A stretch of DNA of 63,444 bases, filler included, from Saprolegnia diclina VS20 (Eukaryota): NCBI RefSeq assembly GCF_000281045.1. It is 4 parts of 3 records of this genome, joined end to end, with 100 filler letters (N's around TTAATTAATTAA, not from the genome) between each part and the next. Parts side by side here need not be neighbours in the genome. Positions count along the whole stretch, not along the records: positions 31,364 to 61,766 come from NW_008246075.1; 3 more parts are not named here. One strand, 5' to 3'. A model generated the notes under the pieces. The model saw only the letters and a program-made list of their open reading frames with translations, had not been told where the DNA came from and did not search any database. This document shows positions 34,753-47,364 of the stretch, in pieces. A program made the position numbers and the translations under genes. Position 1 is the first letter of the stretch. Each line of letters opens with the position of its first letter.

Positions 34753-36286
34753 CTACTCCATGTTGCGGATCACCGTCTTCTTGCGCGTGTCAACGTACGG
34801 CACCTTGCCGGGCCGCGAGTGCTTCCGGCGGTTTTCAAGCTTCTTGTTGTCGCGCTCGTTGGCTTCTTGCTTGGCCATCGACGCCTTCTTGATGGCCTTG
34901 GGCACGTGGCGGTGCTTGGCGATGCGCCGGACCTCAGTGAGGTGCTGGAACCGCTTCTTGAGCGCGTCCTTGTACTCGACCTGCTTGCGCTCACGCGGCG
35001 CAAGCTTTCCGAGGTGCTTCGAAGCTTCGGCCTTCCAGATACGGATGTTCGTGTCGTCCGAGCCCGATAGCACAAACTTGGAGTCGGCGCTGAACTTGAC
35101 CGCAAAGATACGCTGCATGCGCTTCGTGTGATACACCTCGCGGCTCTTTGCCGAGCGCACGTTGAAAATACGGATCGTGCGATCGTACGAGCCGCTGACA
35201 AACTCGCGACCCGTCGGCGAGTACGACACGTCCATGCTACAAATGGACAATGAGCTCCACGTCAGCCCACCTAGGGCCACGTACACGGCCGAGACGTGGT
35301 CCTTGTGCACCATGAGCGCGCGATCCAGGTTGCGCATGTCAAATGTGTACAAGTTGTGGTCCTCGTTGGCCTGAGTGATGGAGATGAGATGACTGGAGTA
35401 CGGCAAAATGCAGTCGACGTACGACAGTAAAGTGGTACGGCTCGCGAGGGTTCCACGCAAGCGCGTTCGAGCGCATTTCGAGCACGACCTTGCGCATCGA
35501 GGTGGCCACGCGCGTGTCGTAGAGGTTGATGGCGCGGTCCGAGCCCGTCGACGCCAGCAAACTCGGCTATGAAAGAGAGATGACGTCCGTTCGACGTCGC
35601 ACAGTCAAAGGTACCTCGGCAGGGTTGAACTTGACGGACGTGATCGAGTCGGCGCCCCACGAGAATTCGTGCAACGGGTCCGAACGGTGGTGGTCCCATA
35701 CCTGCACGACGGAGCTGCATGTCGCGAACGTGTTGTTGGTCCAATGGTGGTCGATGCCCATGAACGGCTCCTTGCCATGAAAGGTTTGCAGCGCCTCGGG
35801 CTGCTCGTCGTCGCCGATCGCAATTGCGAGCTTCCACTGCTTGATGGTCTTGTCTTCACTGCACGAGAAGAAAGTGTTGCCGTCCGGCGCCGTCGTGAGG
35901 CCACGCACAAAGCCCGCATGGCCGTAGACCGACCAGACGCACTTGCGCCGGGGCAAGTCCCAGAGGCGGATTTCGCCATCGCACGCACCACTGACAAATG
36001 CCACAAGGCTCTTGGGGGAGCTCGCGAAGCAGCTCACGCTGTCGCAGTGGCCATCGAGCGCCGCAATGAACGGCTTAGCGAAGATCTTGTCGAGCTTGGT
36101 GGCGTTCAACGCGCGCGTGTACTACATCGGCAAAATCAAAACATGCAAAGTGAGCCAAGAACGCACCTCGCGCGGACGCTCGAACGGGTGCAGCGACGGA
36201 TCATAGTTGCGGTGGATCTTGGTCTTGTCCGTCGCCAGCTCCTGCGTGAATTGGCTCTCGACGCGCGAGATGGTCTTGACCTTCAT
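34753..36286 (-). CDS. DCAF13: DCAF13/Sof1 WD40 protein (SSU processome), multi-exon
   Basis: MKVKTISR, RNYDPSLHPFERPREY, NATKLDKIFAKPF, REVYHTKRMQ, SGSDDTNIRIWKA, RIAKHRHVPK. Confidence 0.95.
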
Positions 36287-37119
36287 CTTTCCAAATACTG
36301 ATGAGCTCTATCCATTGGACGCGACGGCTTACGACCAACACTCTACAACTACCTCTCACAGCGAATATCACACTATATACGTTTGCGTGGTAGCCGTTGA
36401 AGCAGTGTAGTTAGTGTCAACTTGGGAGGCCGAGAGTGGATGTTGCATCAACAACACATGCAGTTGGAGCAGCGTCAAAGACAGAAACGGTCGGCTGCTT
36501 GACTTTCGCTCTAATGCCATGGCTCGCTTCAATTTCGATGGGATTCCAGAACGTGTTCAAATGTGCTACCACGGTGTTTGCTCATGACTATCCTCAATTC
36601 ATCAGCCTGGGTTATCGACTATTTAGTACCTTTCACTCTAATGTTAGTATGACAGGAGCAAATAAATGTACACGGCAAATACCACAGTGAACCAGCAAAC
36701 ATGGACTTCAACGTCGCACTTTAAGCATCCCGACCCTATGAATCAAGCTCCGAAAGGTGGTTCGTGGACAAGGCATCACTATATCGATCTAATGTTCTAG
36801 CTAGTTCGCACTCGAGGCGCATTATAGAGTACAAGTACATGTAGCCAGGCAGAGTCACGACAAACCAGCAAGTGGTGTCGATCACACTATTATTGTACTC
36901 ACTCTACTGAGGACTGCTTCGATATTTGATTTGAGAGGTATAGCAATCAATTCTACGACCTTGGAATTTGTATTTGTGCGTTTATAAGCTGTCGACAAAA
37001 ATATCACAATCTACAACTTGGTTTCAATAAGGCTATTAAATTCCAGTTATTAAATTTCAACTCGCGGAGCTCGCAGCCGCCCAGTAGTGGAGTGGATTGC
37101 ACCGGACCGCAGCAGCAGC

Positions 37120-37541
37120 ATGGCCTCGTACGCTCTTCGCCGTGGGTGATGAGGCGCTCACGCTGCTGTAGCATCGACGACAAGCGCGTGACGACCAAGG
37201 AAGACGAGGACGAGTTCCTTAACGGCCCGCTCTCGCTCCTCATGCAGAGCGTCAAGAACAACTCGCAGGTGCTCATCAACGTGCGCAACAACCATAAGTT
37301 ATTGGCCCGCGTCAAGGCGTTCGACCGCCATTGCAACATGTAAGTGGTCATCATACTCCATGCTTCGTCCATCGCTCACATGCGATACTGCAGGGTGCTT
37401 GAGAATGTCAAGGAGATGTGGACAGAGGTCCCCAAGACAACCAAGGGCAAGGGCAAGCCGAAGAACGTCGAGCGCTTTGTGAGCAAGATGTTTCTGCGTG
37501 GCGACTCGGTCATCCTCGTCCTGCGTAACCCGCACAACTAG
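37120..37541 (+). CDS. SNRPD2: Small nuclear ribonucleoprotein Sm D2, 3 exons
   Basis: [50 protein letters not shown]...[17 protein letters not shown]. Introns ~37128-37171 and 37340-37393. Confidence 0.96.
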
Positions 37542-37590
37542 ATGAGAATGGTTGCGCTGCCTGAATAACATAAATACACCGCGCAAAGTT

Positions 37591-40256
37591 CTATCGCCGC
37601 GTCATGTCGACGCCTGCCAGCGTCAAGATACGGCGAACGCGACCCGTCGACTGCAGGAGCTGACTGAGCTGCTCGCGCTGCTTCTCGCCCTTGTGGCTTT
37701 CGTCCTGGAGCGTCTGGATGGCCAGTGCCAAGAGCTCGTAGCGCTGCTCAAACACATCGAGGAAAAAAGTCATGAAGGCTGTGTACCCGACGCCCCGCTT
37801 GGACGTAGGATCCATGCGTGCCAGCGGCTCCCACATTGCTTGACTATGCACACCACCCGTGAGACGACGCAGTTGGCTTGGAGCCTTACATGTGGGCGCT
37901 GGAGAGGCCGATGGACCAGCTGCGCAGCACGTGGGCAAACTGCGTCTTGGCCACGACGCCACTGACGGACGTCGACTGCATCGCGGTGTAGAGTTGATCC
38001 AGGCTCCACTCGCGGTCTTCCATGCCGCGACAGACGCTGAAGAAGAGTGCTCGCAACTGCTTCTGGAGCTTGGCTGTGCCAGCGACCTTGGGTCTCACGG
38101 GCGGCGCCGTCGTCTCGTCGACGTGGTTGAGCGCGAGCTTGAGGCGAAAAGACGCAGCCATGGGTACGTGGCCTTTCTTGAGCGGAATGTGCGGGGGCGG
38201 CGACTGCACGTGCTTGAGCTCCGTTATGTACTTGAGCAGCCTATCTCGATGCAGCTTGGAATGAATGTACAGGCGGTCGCGCAGCGCCGCGTGGTCCAGC
38301 GCCTCAAGCTTCTCGCGCGAATCGATGTGCGCTTGGAAAAAGCGTGGAATGTATTGGGCGAGGTGCACAGACGTGAGCCACACAGCAATGTCCAGGGGCT
38401 GCGATGGCGTAATCGGACTCCTTGGCGGCGACGTAGGCACGGTTACGGCGGCGTCGTGGGCGCGCAGTTGGGCTTGGCAAGCCGCCAAAAGGGTCAAGTG
38501 CGACGGCTTCTGGGGCTGGAAGACGCGCAAGAGACCGTCCATCTCGAGGCGCAGAAAGGACGCGAGGGACAGCTGGTCCAATCGGCGCACGTACACGAGG
38601 AGTTCCCGGTCTTGTGCCCAGAAATATCTAGCACACGCTTTGACAACCGGTCTACATGACGTCACGATACCGCAAACTGGAGAGATCCGTGACCATCGCG
38701 AGCTGGGACCGGCGGTGGCGGGCTAACGCATCGCGCGCGGCTTGCGACGCCACGGGGCTCGCCAGCGCCGAGATCGCCTCCAGTAGCACCATTCGGTGAT
38801 GGGATGCGCAGAAAAAGAGTGGCATCTGTGGTAACAGTCGCTCCAATGACGTGGCAGCCCAAGACGACGGTTGATGTAGGTCGATGTGCAAACGGGGCCC
38901 CAGCTGGAGGAGCTCTGCCCCCGAAACCTGGCACGTAGTAGCAACCTACGTCTGCATTAGTGTTGTCACGTGCTTTCTAGTCGAGAGTGCCTCGAGGGGT
39001 AGGCGAAAGAGCGCTGTGAGCCAAATGCCCACGAGGTCGCATGTCCACGTCTCTGGCCGAAGTGCTTTTCGCGCGAGGTAGTATTGTCTCCACGTCGCGA
39101 CAACGTCCCTTACGCTGTCCCGATGCCGACGCTTCTTGGCACGCTCGGTGCGGTAGCGAAGCATGAGCTGCCGCTTCCAGGCCTTGAAGCAGCGCTCAAG
39201 CACGAACCGCCGCCGCTGCGCTTGGTCGCGGCGAAGTTGCACTTGTCGACCGCAAATCGCATGTTGCTGTTGCCATTGATACCAACGCAGGCGGAGATGC
39301 ATGGTTCTCAACGGCGATATGAGATGGCGGACGCCGCGCTTGAGCTGCCTCCACGCAGCGAGTCGCGTGCGCCAGGACCGAAACGCCACACGAAGCGTCT
39401 TGAGACATACTTTGCGTCGGCACCGATGCACGCGTCGCGCAAGCTGTACGTGGTGCTTCCAGCGGCCGAAGAGGTGGTGCAGCGTCTTGGCTCTTGCGCG
39501 TCTGTGCTTGTGGGCGATCTATACCAGTCGCTGAAAGCCTCCGTCAACACGCACTTAATGTACCGTGCGACTGCGCTGCGCGTAGAGCTTCATGCGTTGA
39601 AACGTGTAGGCTACCACTTGGACCACGGCGCGCCGGTACTTGACCTTGATGCGCCGTAGCAAGCGCACGCGGGTGCGCCACGCGACAAAGATGCGGAATC
39701 GCCGCCGGTCGTACGCGCGGACAGACATCTTTCGGACAACGTTTAGGAGCAGAGCACGTTTCTTCCAGCCACTAAATGCTCGTCGCAGCCGGTTCTTGTT
39801 ATCCAGAGCTTTGGTCGCTTCAATCTCGGCCCATATGTCGGCGTACTTGTCCTCGAGCGTCGCGACAGCGCTGTTGTGATTCGGGGCCAGCGCGTCGAGG
39901 TGTTTAAAGGCATCGCTCAAGAGCGATGCCACGGTCGACATGGACGTTGTTGATGGCAGCACCATGAAATTGTCCGACGTCGGCAAGGCCAGCGCGTGGT
40001 GCATGCGCCCGTAATGGCTCACGTCCGCCGCAATGCTGCTGTCTTCGTGCTCTGCCACGTACTCGTGCACGGCCTCGGCGAAAAGACCCACTTGTTTCGG
40101 CACGTGCAATCGCGGCACCGTGGCCGAGAGGAGCGGCTCCGCTTCAGCAACCACGGGCTCTGGTGTGTGAGCCGGGGGCTCTGCGAAAACGTTGTCGGGC
40201 GTCGTCGTTGGCTCATCGGACGGTGCGTTCGCGGCAGGTGCATCTGCCTGCTCCAT
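37591..40256 (-). CDS. Hypothetical protein with Sfi1-like FxxW repeats and a SAM domain, multi-exon
   Basis: Repeated LRRAFSGWKK, RIFVAWR, RVAFRSWR, RCFKAWK. SAM-like IAVWLTSVHLAQYIPRFFQAHID..L..LDHAAL...HRDRLL. The single-gene model is inferred. Confidence 0.55.
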
Positions 40257-40670
40257 CTCCCAACCGGATCAAAAATAGACGCGAGTAACCCAAATGGCGC
40301 AACGTTCAATCGCAATAACTTGGAGAAGGTGCTCAGCTTTTGGAAATCACTACCGGCAAAGGCAGCTCTAGCTGGGCGCTCGTAGATCCCAAGCCATTTC
40401 GTGTTGTCGTCAAGTTTGCGCATCCGCACTTGTTAATTATGTTGCTTATGTGAGCACGTCGCTGGCGTTGCCACATCATGAGCGTAGACCCAGAATGTGC
40501 CAGCTTTCCACCATACCATTCTATCGGCTTGCCGTTTGTGAGTACCAGCAGACGCCCTTTGATTGTGGTGAGCCGGTTAGCCATCGAGTAAACCGTCGAG
40601 GAATTTGGAGCCGGTTCTGCAGTCGAAACGCCCAGTCGCCTTTTTCAGCTGCAAGGGCAGGCCAAGCACC

Positions 40671-42414
40671 ATGCTCGGTTGGCTGGTCTGGAGCGTCATG
40701 CTCTTGGCTGTGGGCTTTACCGTCGGGGCCCTTTCGATGGTGCTACTTGGTTGGGAGCCACTGCTGCGGGGCGCGGTTCGAGTTGTCCGAGCAACTTCGA
40801 GGAAGAAGCACGACCTTGTGGCGACCCGAGGCAACCAGGTCCGATTTACCTCGCTTTCGCAATCGTTGGTCTCGCACCCGGTGCGCGCAGCAGACATCCT
40901 TGCGATTGCAGCTCTCGCATCCAAGCAAGATCTGACAGATGTCGACTCTGGCCGGGAAGGTGCGGATCTCAAAGACCTTTCGATACCGCTGCAGGTGACG
41001 GAGCTCAACCGCGTCGTTGATCGTCTCTTGGGCGAGGCCCTCGGTGCTTCGGCGCAATTGCAGATCATCAACACTGCGCTATCGCGCGACGACGTCGGAG
41101 CTCTTCGGACGAGCTTCTTGTGCTTGACAAAACCCACGTCTCGAATCTTTCGGGTACTAGAGACGACGATCGATTTCTTCAATGCTCAAGTCACGTAGAC
41201 AACGCTGCTGACGCTACGAGTGCTCGTTCAGCGTGCATCGGATGCGACGCCCAGCGAAGGCAGCGCCTACGCTGCAGCGATGGCGCAGTTTCTCGGCCGC
41301 ACGTTCGGCCCAACGCTGCAGCTGGACTCGATTGCCCTGACTCGGCTTTTGCAAGATTACGAAACTATCATGCAACGCGTATGTCACAAAGACCCCGTGG
41401 CATTCACTCATTCGCTTGCAGATGTTGGCACTGGAGGCTCCGTCCGAGACTCTTCGCGCGTACGCTGCAGGTCCAGCGCTTCACGTCGCCTCAGCTGAAC
41501 AGATTGCACCGCCTCCAATCGACGTCGCATGGACCAACGCTGTGCTATCGCGCTGGTTCCAAGAGTACGCTTCGATGCCACAGCTTGTCGCTGTTTGGGA
41601 GGCTTCAGCCAACCGCCTTTTGCAGAAACAGGCTCTGCCCGGGACCATCGAAACACTAGCGCTTCAGCAGCTGACGCTCGGGGCGTCTCCTCCGTGTATT
41701 TCGAGCCTTGCGCTTGTGTCCACGCACGCTCCGGACGAACTCGTACGTTATTCTCAAAGAGAAAAGAGGAAAATAATGTCGTCAACCTAGTGCTTGGCGT
41801 TCACACTGGACTACACGGGTGACGCGAGTGTCGAGGTGCACACGTCCGTGCCCGTGTCGGACTTTAAGGCCAAGGTTTCGATGCGAGTCCGCATCAAGTC
41901 GTTTCGCGGACGGTACGTCCTTGGCTACCGCTGCGCGCTAACGCACCAATAGATTGCGCCTTCTGGTGCCGCCCGCCAGGGCCGATCCCGGCCACGGCTG
42001 GGTTGCCTTCGAGGAGCCACCGACGTTTGCGCTCAGCATCGAAAGCTGCCAACACCCGGTGCGCCGAGATATCGATTCCCAGTTTGTGATTCGTGCTGTG
42101 TAGCCGCAAGCGCTGCCGCAACTCGCCAAACTCGTTTCGCTTGAAATCCTCGAATCCATCACTGTCGATGCCACACTGCCTCACTGGACGTACATTGAGC
42201 TCCCGTGGCACCCCGCGACATCGTCCCTCGACACGTTTTTTGTGGATCTTCGAGCAGCGACTGGGACTCCGACATCCGATGCGTCCGCCAAGTCGTTTGT
42301 GGAAACCGCGGGGGGCCTCATGGGTAGCGCTGTCGGGAGTGCGTTTGGCGGTGCGTTTGGCGGCAAAGTCGCGCGGGCTGTCGGTGAAAAAATGGGCGAG
42401 CACCTTGCCAAGTA
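40671..42414 (+). CDS. SMP (TULIP) lipid-transfer domain membrane protein, multi-exon
   Basis: N-terminal TM segment; VAWTNAVLSRWF, LQQLTLGASPPCI, LDYTGDASVEV, GWVAFEEPP. Stop TAG 42412-42414. Confidence 0.65.
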
Positions 42415-42441
42415 GTCGTTTACCTCGAGTGTTAGGGTTTC

Positions 42442-42802
42442 ATGCTAAGATCGGTCCTGCGTAGGTATGCAACGTCGACGTTGTCACCTGTCGTACACGA
42501 CGTTGTTGCAACGGCCAAGTCTTTTCGAAGCCCCAAACACAAGCCAACGTCGCCAACCACCACGTCGGCACCGACGGAGAGGTCCATATCAGCAGACAAG
42601 TTGGTCGCCCTCGCGCGGAAAGCCAGTCACGGTATTCCAACTTGTTGAGCAAACCGCGTGGCTCGAAAACTCATAGCAAAATTCAATAGTTGACACAAAG
42701 GAGCCGACGCCCCATCCTGTCTCGGCACCCAATGCTAGCATCAACGTGGCGCAGCTGGTCTCGCGTGCAAAACAAACCGCAAACAAGGCGCACGCCGAAT
42801 GA
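42442..42802 (+). CDS. Small hypothetical protein with mitochondrial-presequence-like N-terminus, probably 2 exons
   Basis: MLRSVLRRYATS; putative intron ~42632-42677 restores an ORF to TGA 42800-42802. Confidence 0.4.
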
Positions 42803-42811
42803 GTCTCGATA

Positions 42812-43616
42812 TTACCCCGTCGAATTGAGTTTACGACGCAGCACCAATACATAAACCATATCATTTTCATAGTTCCACGGAAGATCGTCGTCGTTCGTGT
42901 AGACCGCAATCTCGAACGTCTCGGCCAAGCATTCCAGCAGCGCCATTTCGCGTCTAACGAGTAGCAGTCGCAAGTCGAAGAGAACAAACTCGTACGTACT
43001 CTGGCAGTCGCTGTTTGTACGCGAGAAGCACCGTCGTGGGGGGTCCAACAACGTCATGGAGTGTCGCTGTAAAGTCTGTAAACACGGCTTCATCGTAGAG
43101 GCAGTCGGCGCACAAAATAGTGTCCCACGGGCCAGCATGCGGCGGTTTGGTGCCCCTAGACCGCTCACTGAATTACCTGTGTACAAGTCTCCTGCTAGTA
43201 TACCATTGGTACACGCCGACACAGAGAGCTTGCTTGGACCACAGTTTCTCCACCGGAGCCGACGCGGCGACGGCAGCCTTCGTATTGCGCAGAGTCAACG
43301 GAACGATCGAGGCCAAGTCGGTTAGTAGCAAGGTCGTAGGTTTCAAGTGGGCGGCGGCGAGACCAACACCACCTATTCTCGAGGTGAACTACGTTTGGTT
43401 GGTGCACATTGATACCTGTGCCGCTGCCGAGCTCGAGAACGCGGCAGCTGCGAACATACTCGGGGCAGCGACAAAGCACTTGGATGAGCGCTCGACCCTA
43501 CACTCAGCGTTGACGATGGCCGCTGGGCGTTGGTCAGCACGTACGCAGTTCCACAACACACCGCCGACACCGACGGCCATGTCTTGGTGCAGCTCAATCT
43601 CAATTGGCGGGTCCAT
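42812..43616 (-). CDS. METTL21/Methyltransf_16-family protein methyltransferase, multi-exon
   Basis: ELHQDMAVGVGGVLWNC, RVLELGSGTG, ILAGDLY. Confidence 0.75.
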
Positions 43617-43811
43617 CGCGACAGTAACGACGACAGAGGCCTGACTCGCTTGCAAGTAGTTCACACCGAGCGTCGGCTGCCCTTGCGGCGGCAAGATCGT
43701 CGGTGTCCACGCCAAGAGTCCCATGCGATCTTCTTCCCGACGGCTCAAAGTGAAAATGGATATTTCGAAATATGGCGACAGGATCATTAATAGTGTTAGC
43801 GTCCGCGACGC

Positions 43812-46800
43812 TCATCTACTTCGAAGTGGTCGACTGATGTGTCGTTTGAGACACAATAGCACACAAAGAACTAGCGTCGTGATCATTGCAAAGGCCACTT
43901 GGGCCGGCCAAAGCAGCGCCAGCTCGGTGTCGAGGCGGCCTGCCGTGTTGATGGGTCGGAGCTTTCCTGCTGCCGCCAGCCTCGCGGCAGTGGACGACAC
44001 TTGTGGTGCTATTGAGCCCAAGACCGGCGGGTGCGACATGGTCGGAGTGCCTTCTGCCAATGTTGCGTTGTTCCGACCGGGATTGAGCGGACCACGATCT
44101 TCTCTTTCGTCTTCTGGCTTTGGCTGCGGTGCAACTTGGACGCTTCGTGTTTTGCCTTTGTCGTCTGCGAGCTCAAAGCTCGACGGCACACCCCAGCGGT
44201 TCTCAAAGAACGCTTTCAGTCGCTCAACAACCTACGAAACAACTGTCGTAAAGCACATATGCAACGCGCTCGCACCGCCGGAACTGGCGTCGACATGTCG
44301 TCGTTGACGCAAATGAACTTGGCCGTCGACAACTTCTTGTCTCGGAGGAGCGCCGCCATGCTGCGAGGGTCCTTGATCATCGCAAAGACCACCGGAGGGT
44401 TTGCCACAATGCTGTGTGCTGGCGGTACGCTGCTCGGTGACAACTGCGTGAGGTGCAGTACCAACAGCGGACACTGCGACTCCAGGCTAGCTTTGGTTAG
44501 TGCGGTCGCATTTCCGCGACAAGCGTCCACGACAGCCTGGAGCTCTGATGAAGGGCGCTGCCAGTCGCCAAGGAGCCGCGCGATGCTATCCATCTCGATA
44601 GCGTCGATGGCTCCATTGTGGTTGATGTCAATGAGCGAGTTGAACACTTCATGAAACGTCGATGCTGGGTGCAGCTGGCGTCGGTTCAGAACGTAGTGCA
44701 TGTACGAGAAGCCGAACTGCATGTCGTCGGGCTCCCGGAAACGGTGCGACGACGTGGCTGCAAACTCAGTAGACCACCGGTGCTTCAGCTCCGTAAGCAG
44801 GGGCTTCTGGATGAAGTGTGGCATGTGCGATGGCACGCCCCGCGCTTGCACGGGCTTCCCAAATACTCGGTTGAAGAGAATGTTGACGTGCCGCAACGAA
44901 TCACCAAAGGTGTCTGTGTAGTCGACTTGCGACGTCAGCGGCGGCCGTGATGCGCAATTGTCGCTCGTGGGCGGCGGTGTCTCGGTGCCGAACTGCATAC
45001 GGCACATCTACGTGCATGTATCAGTTGAGCTCTAGACTTGTCGATATACCATCGAGACGAGCGTTGACGAGTACTTGAACGAGTCGGGGCCGGTGCCGAG
45101 TTTTTGGCCAAGCTGGGTGCAGTGCGCAATCACATCGAACTTTGGGACACTACGTCGCCGCTGATCGCGACCGGTACACCGAGATCCGAGCGAATTGTAG
45201 GAATCGGAACACCATTTGTACCAAGCACAATCGCGCGCCAACACTGGGCCATTTGAGACGGACACGGCTGGTGTCTGCAGCGGCCACACTTGGACGTCCG
45301 CATCAAAATTTATACACGCTTCAAAGCCAGCGTGAATGCAAACGAGGGCATTGACAGTGTCGTCAACGTTGAGTCGTACGCTCAGTCCCAACGCCGAGAT
45401 CGTACAGGCTCGTCCCGGAGCGCTGGTCTTTCTGCAGTTAATAGTGCTCGTGTCGCCGGCCTTTGTGACGCTGATGAACACCTTAGATGTCGTTGGGGCA
45501 AACCACGGGATAAGGACGTCGGCGGATGCATCGCCCCGTGTGATGTTGACTTTGCTCAAGTCCAAGGCACCATACGTGCGGTTCTTCTCGGTGAACCAGA
45601 TACCACTGGTCATCGATTCGCCATAGGTGGATGTCGCAAGCTCCATTGATGTACCATTTGCCATGGTGCGGAGGTGAAGCACCGATGGCGGTGGGTCAGC
45701 CAAGAAGACGACAACTGCATCATGACGAGGCACCACGACGGCGCGTCGAATCCCAGTGCTCGTGGCTGGAGCGATACCACCGGTCTTGAAGAGCACGAGA
45801 ACTGGCGTCGGGTTACCCAGCAGTACGGCGCTGTGTTTTGGCCGGGCATCGAGCGCAATGTTTGCGTGCGGCAGTTGCGTCAACCGTTGCGGCAAGCAGT
45901 CGCCAGCGTCAAAAGCGCACTCGACCAAGTTGCACTTTGGATTGCAGACACCGTCACCGAGTTTGCTCCAGCTACAGCCCGCAGCACACGTGGCGTCCGG
46001 CGAGTAGGCTGCGTCACCAACGCACACCTCATTCCACGAGCTCACCGCCTACGCGTCCCGTTAGGAGTTGAGGTTTTGCCGTGCGACAAACGACCTACCA
46101 TAGCCGGTGGCATCGCCGCTCTGTCACACGTGCAGTCGCCAAGGTCGTAATCACAGCTCGCAACGTTGCAGCTCGCGTGGCACTGGTCGTTCCCGAGCAT
46201 CGCGTGCTTGCATCCTGGCGCACAATCGGGCGCGTCCCATGCGAAAAACAGGTTCTGAGTCCCTCGCGGACTCATAAAGTCGGACGGCAGCACCGGCGCC
46301 GACAAAAACACCTCGTCGTTAAAGTACAAAAAGTACTCGGCCAGCCCAGGAATGTTGTCCAGATGCGACTCGATCGCGGGCGACGCAAACGACGGCAAGT
46401 GCGACGCATTCGGGAAGATGTCGCTGTGCGGCACGACTGTGATGCGCGGGTGCGAGAGGTCGAGCCACGTGGGCACTTGACCGTCCGTCACGAGAAAGAT
46501 GCGTCGGATCCACGGCGCGTACGTCTCGAGCGACCGGATCGAGTAGCGGAGCTCGTCGTTGTCTCGGAACCGGTTCTCGGCCGAGGCCGAGTCTTTCGTG
46601 GCGTTGCGGCCGCTCCAGCGCTGGAGCCAGTGGCTCTTGGATTGCTGCCACGTGGGGTCGGATCCGTTGACCCACGTGTAGACAGCGTCGATGGGCCCGT
46701 ACGCGGCGTACTCGACACCGGACGTATCGATGTTCCCAATGTTGTCGTGGGCAAACAGCGGCGACACGAGCAAGAGCGCGACGGCCACCGCCAACGCCAT
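43812..46800 (-). CDS. GNPTAB-like Stealth-family GlcNAc-1-phosphotransferase, copy 1, multi-exon
   Basis: Signal peptide; CR1 PIDAVYTWVNGSDP; CR2 RFRDNDELRYSIRS...SPAIESHL...FLYFNDE; two LNR/Notch repeats; CR3 VPSHMPHFI; EF-hand DINHNGAID; CR4 KFICVNDD; C-terminal TM. Confidence 0.88.
46123..46748. repeat. 626-bp direct repeat shared by the two Stealth genes (other copy 49465-50090)
   Basis: No differences seen by eye at offset 3342; flanking coding sequence is highly divergent. Confidence 0.92.
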
Positions 46801-47364
46801 TGCGCCAAGTCGCACGTGAGAAAATGGCGACGACGTTACGAGGCGCGCGCTGGTCCCGTCCACGGAGTGGGCGGCGTTTAGCCCGCAACGAAAACTAGTG
46901 GTATATTTAGAATGAGACGGGGCCAAGCACGAGAAACTTGTCACCCACACGGGTCAAGGACTGCTGCGATCGCAATCTTGACCTGCGAACAAGGGCTTGA
47001 AGCTGTTAACGGGTGATCTAGCGACGCCTGTGTACATACGTGATGGAGCGCATTGGTGGTTGTTGAAGCCGACACAAGCATGTCAACTGTCAGTTTCACC
47101 TACCGTGCTAGCCCCGTCTAGCATTTACTGTTGGAGCACACGTGCAACGGTCGCGCTAGGAACCTGTCCTTGCGCGACCGGTAAATCAAACATGAAACGA
47201 ACCCGCAATGTGAATATCCAAGAGCGTCCAATTGAGCTTGTCGTCGGCAAACCTGACGAGAAATCGGAGTCTCTGTAACCTTGACAGCTAAAGCGGATGC
47301 TTGGTCTTTGGTTCGTTGCAATAAAATTACTCCTATGCCGCTGAATGGAATTGCCACTGGCGTG

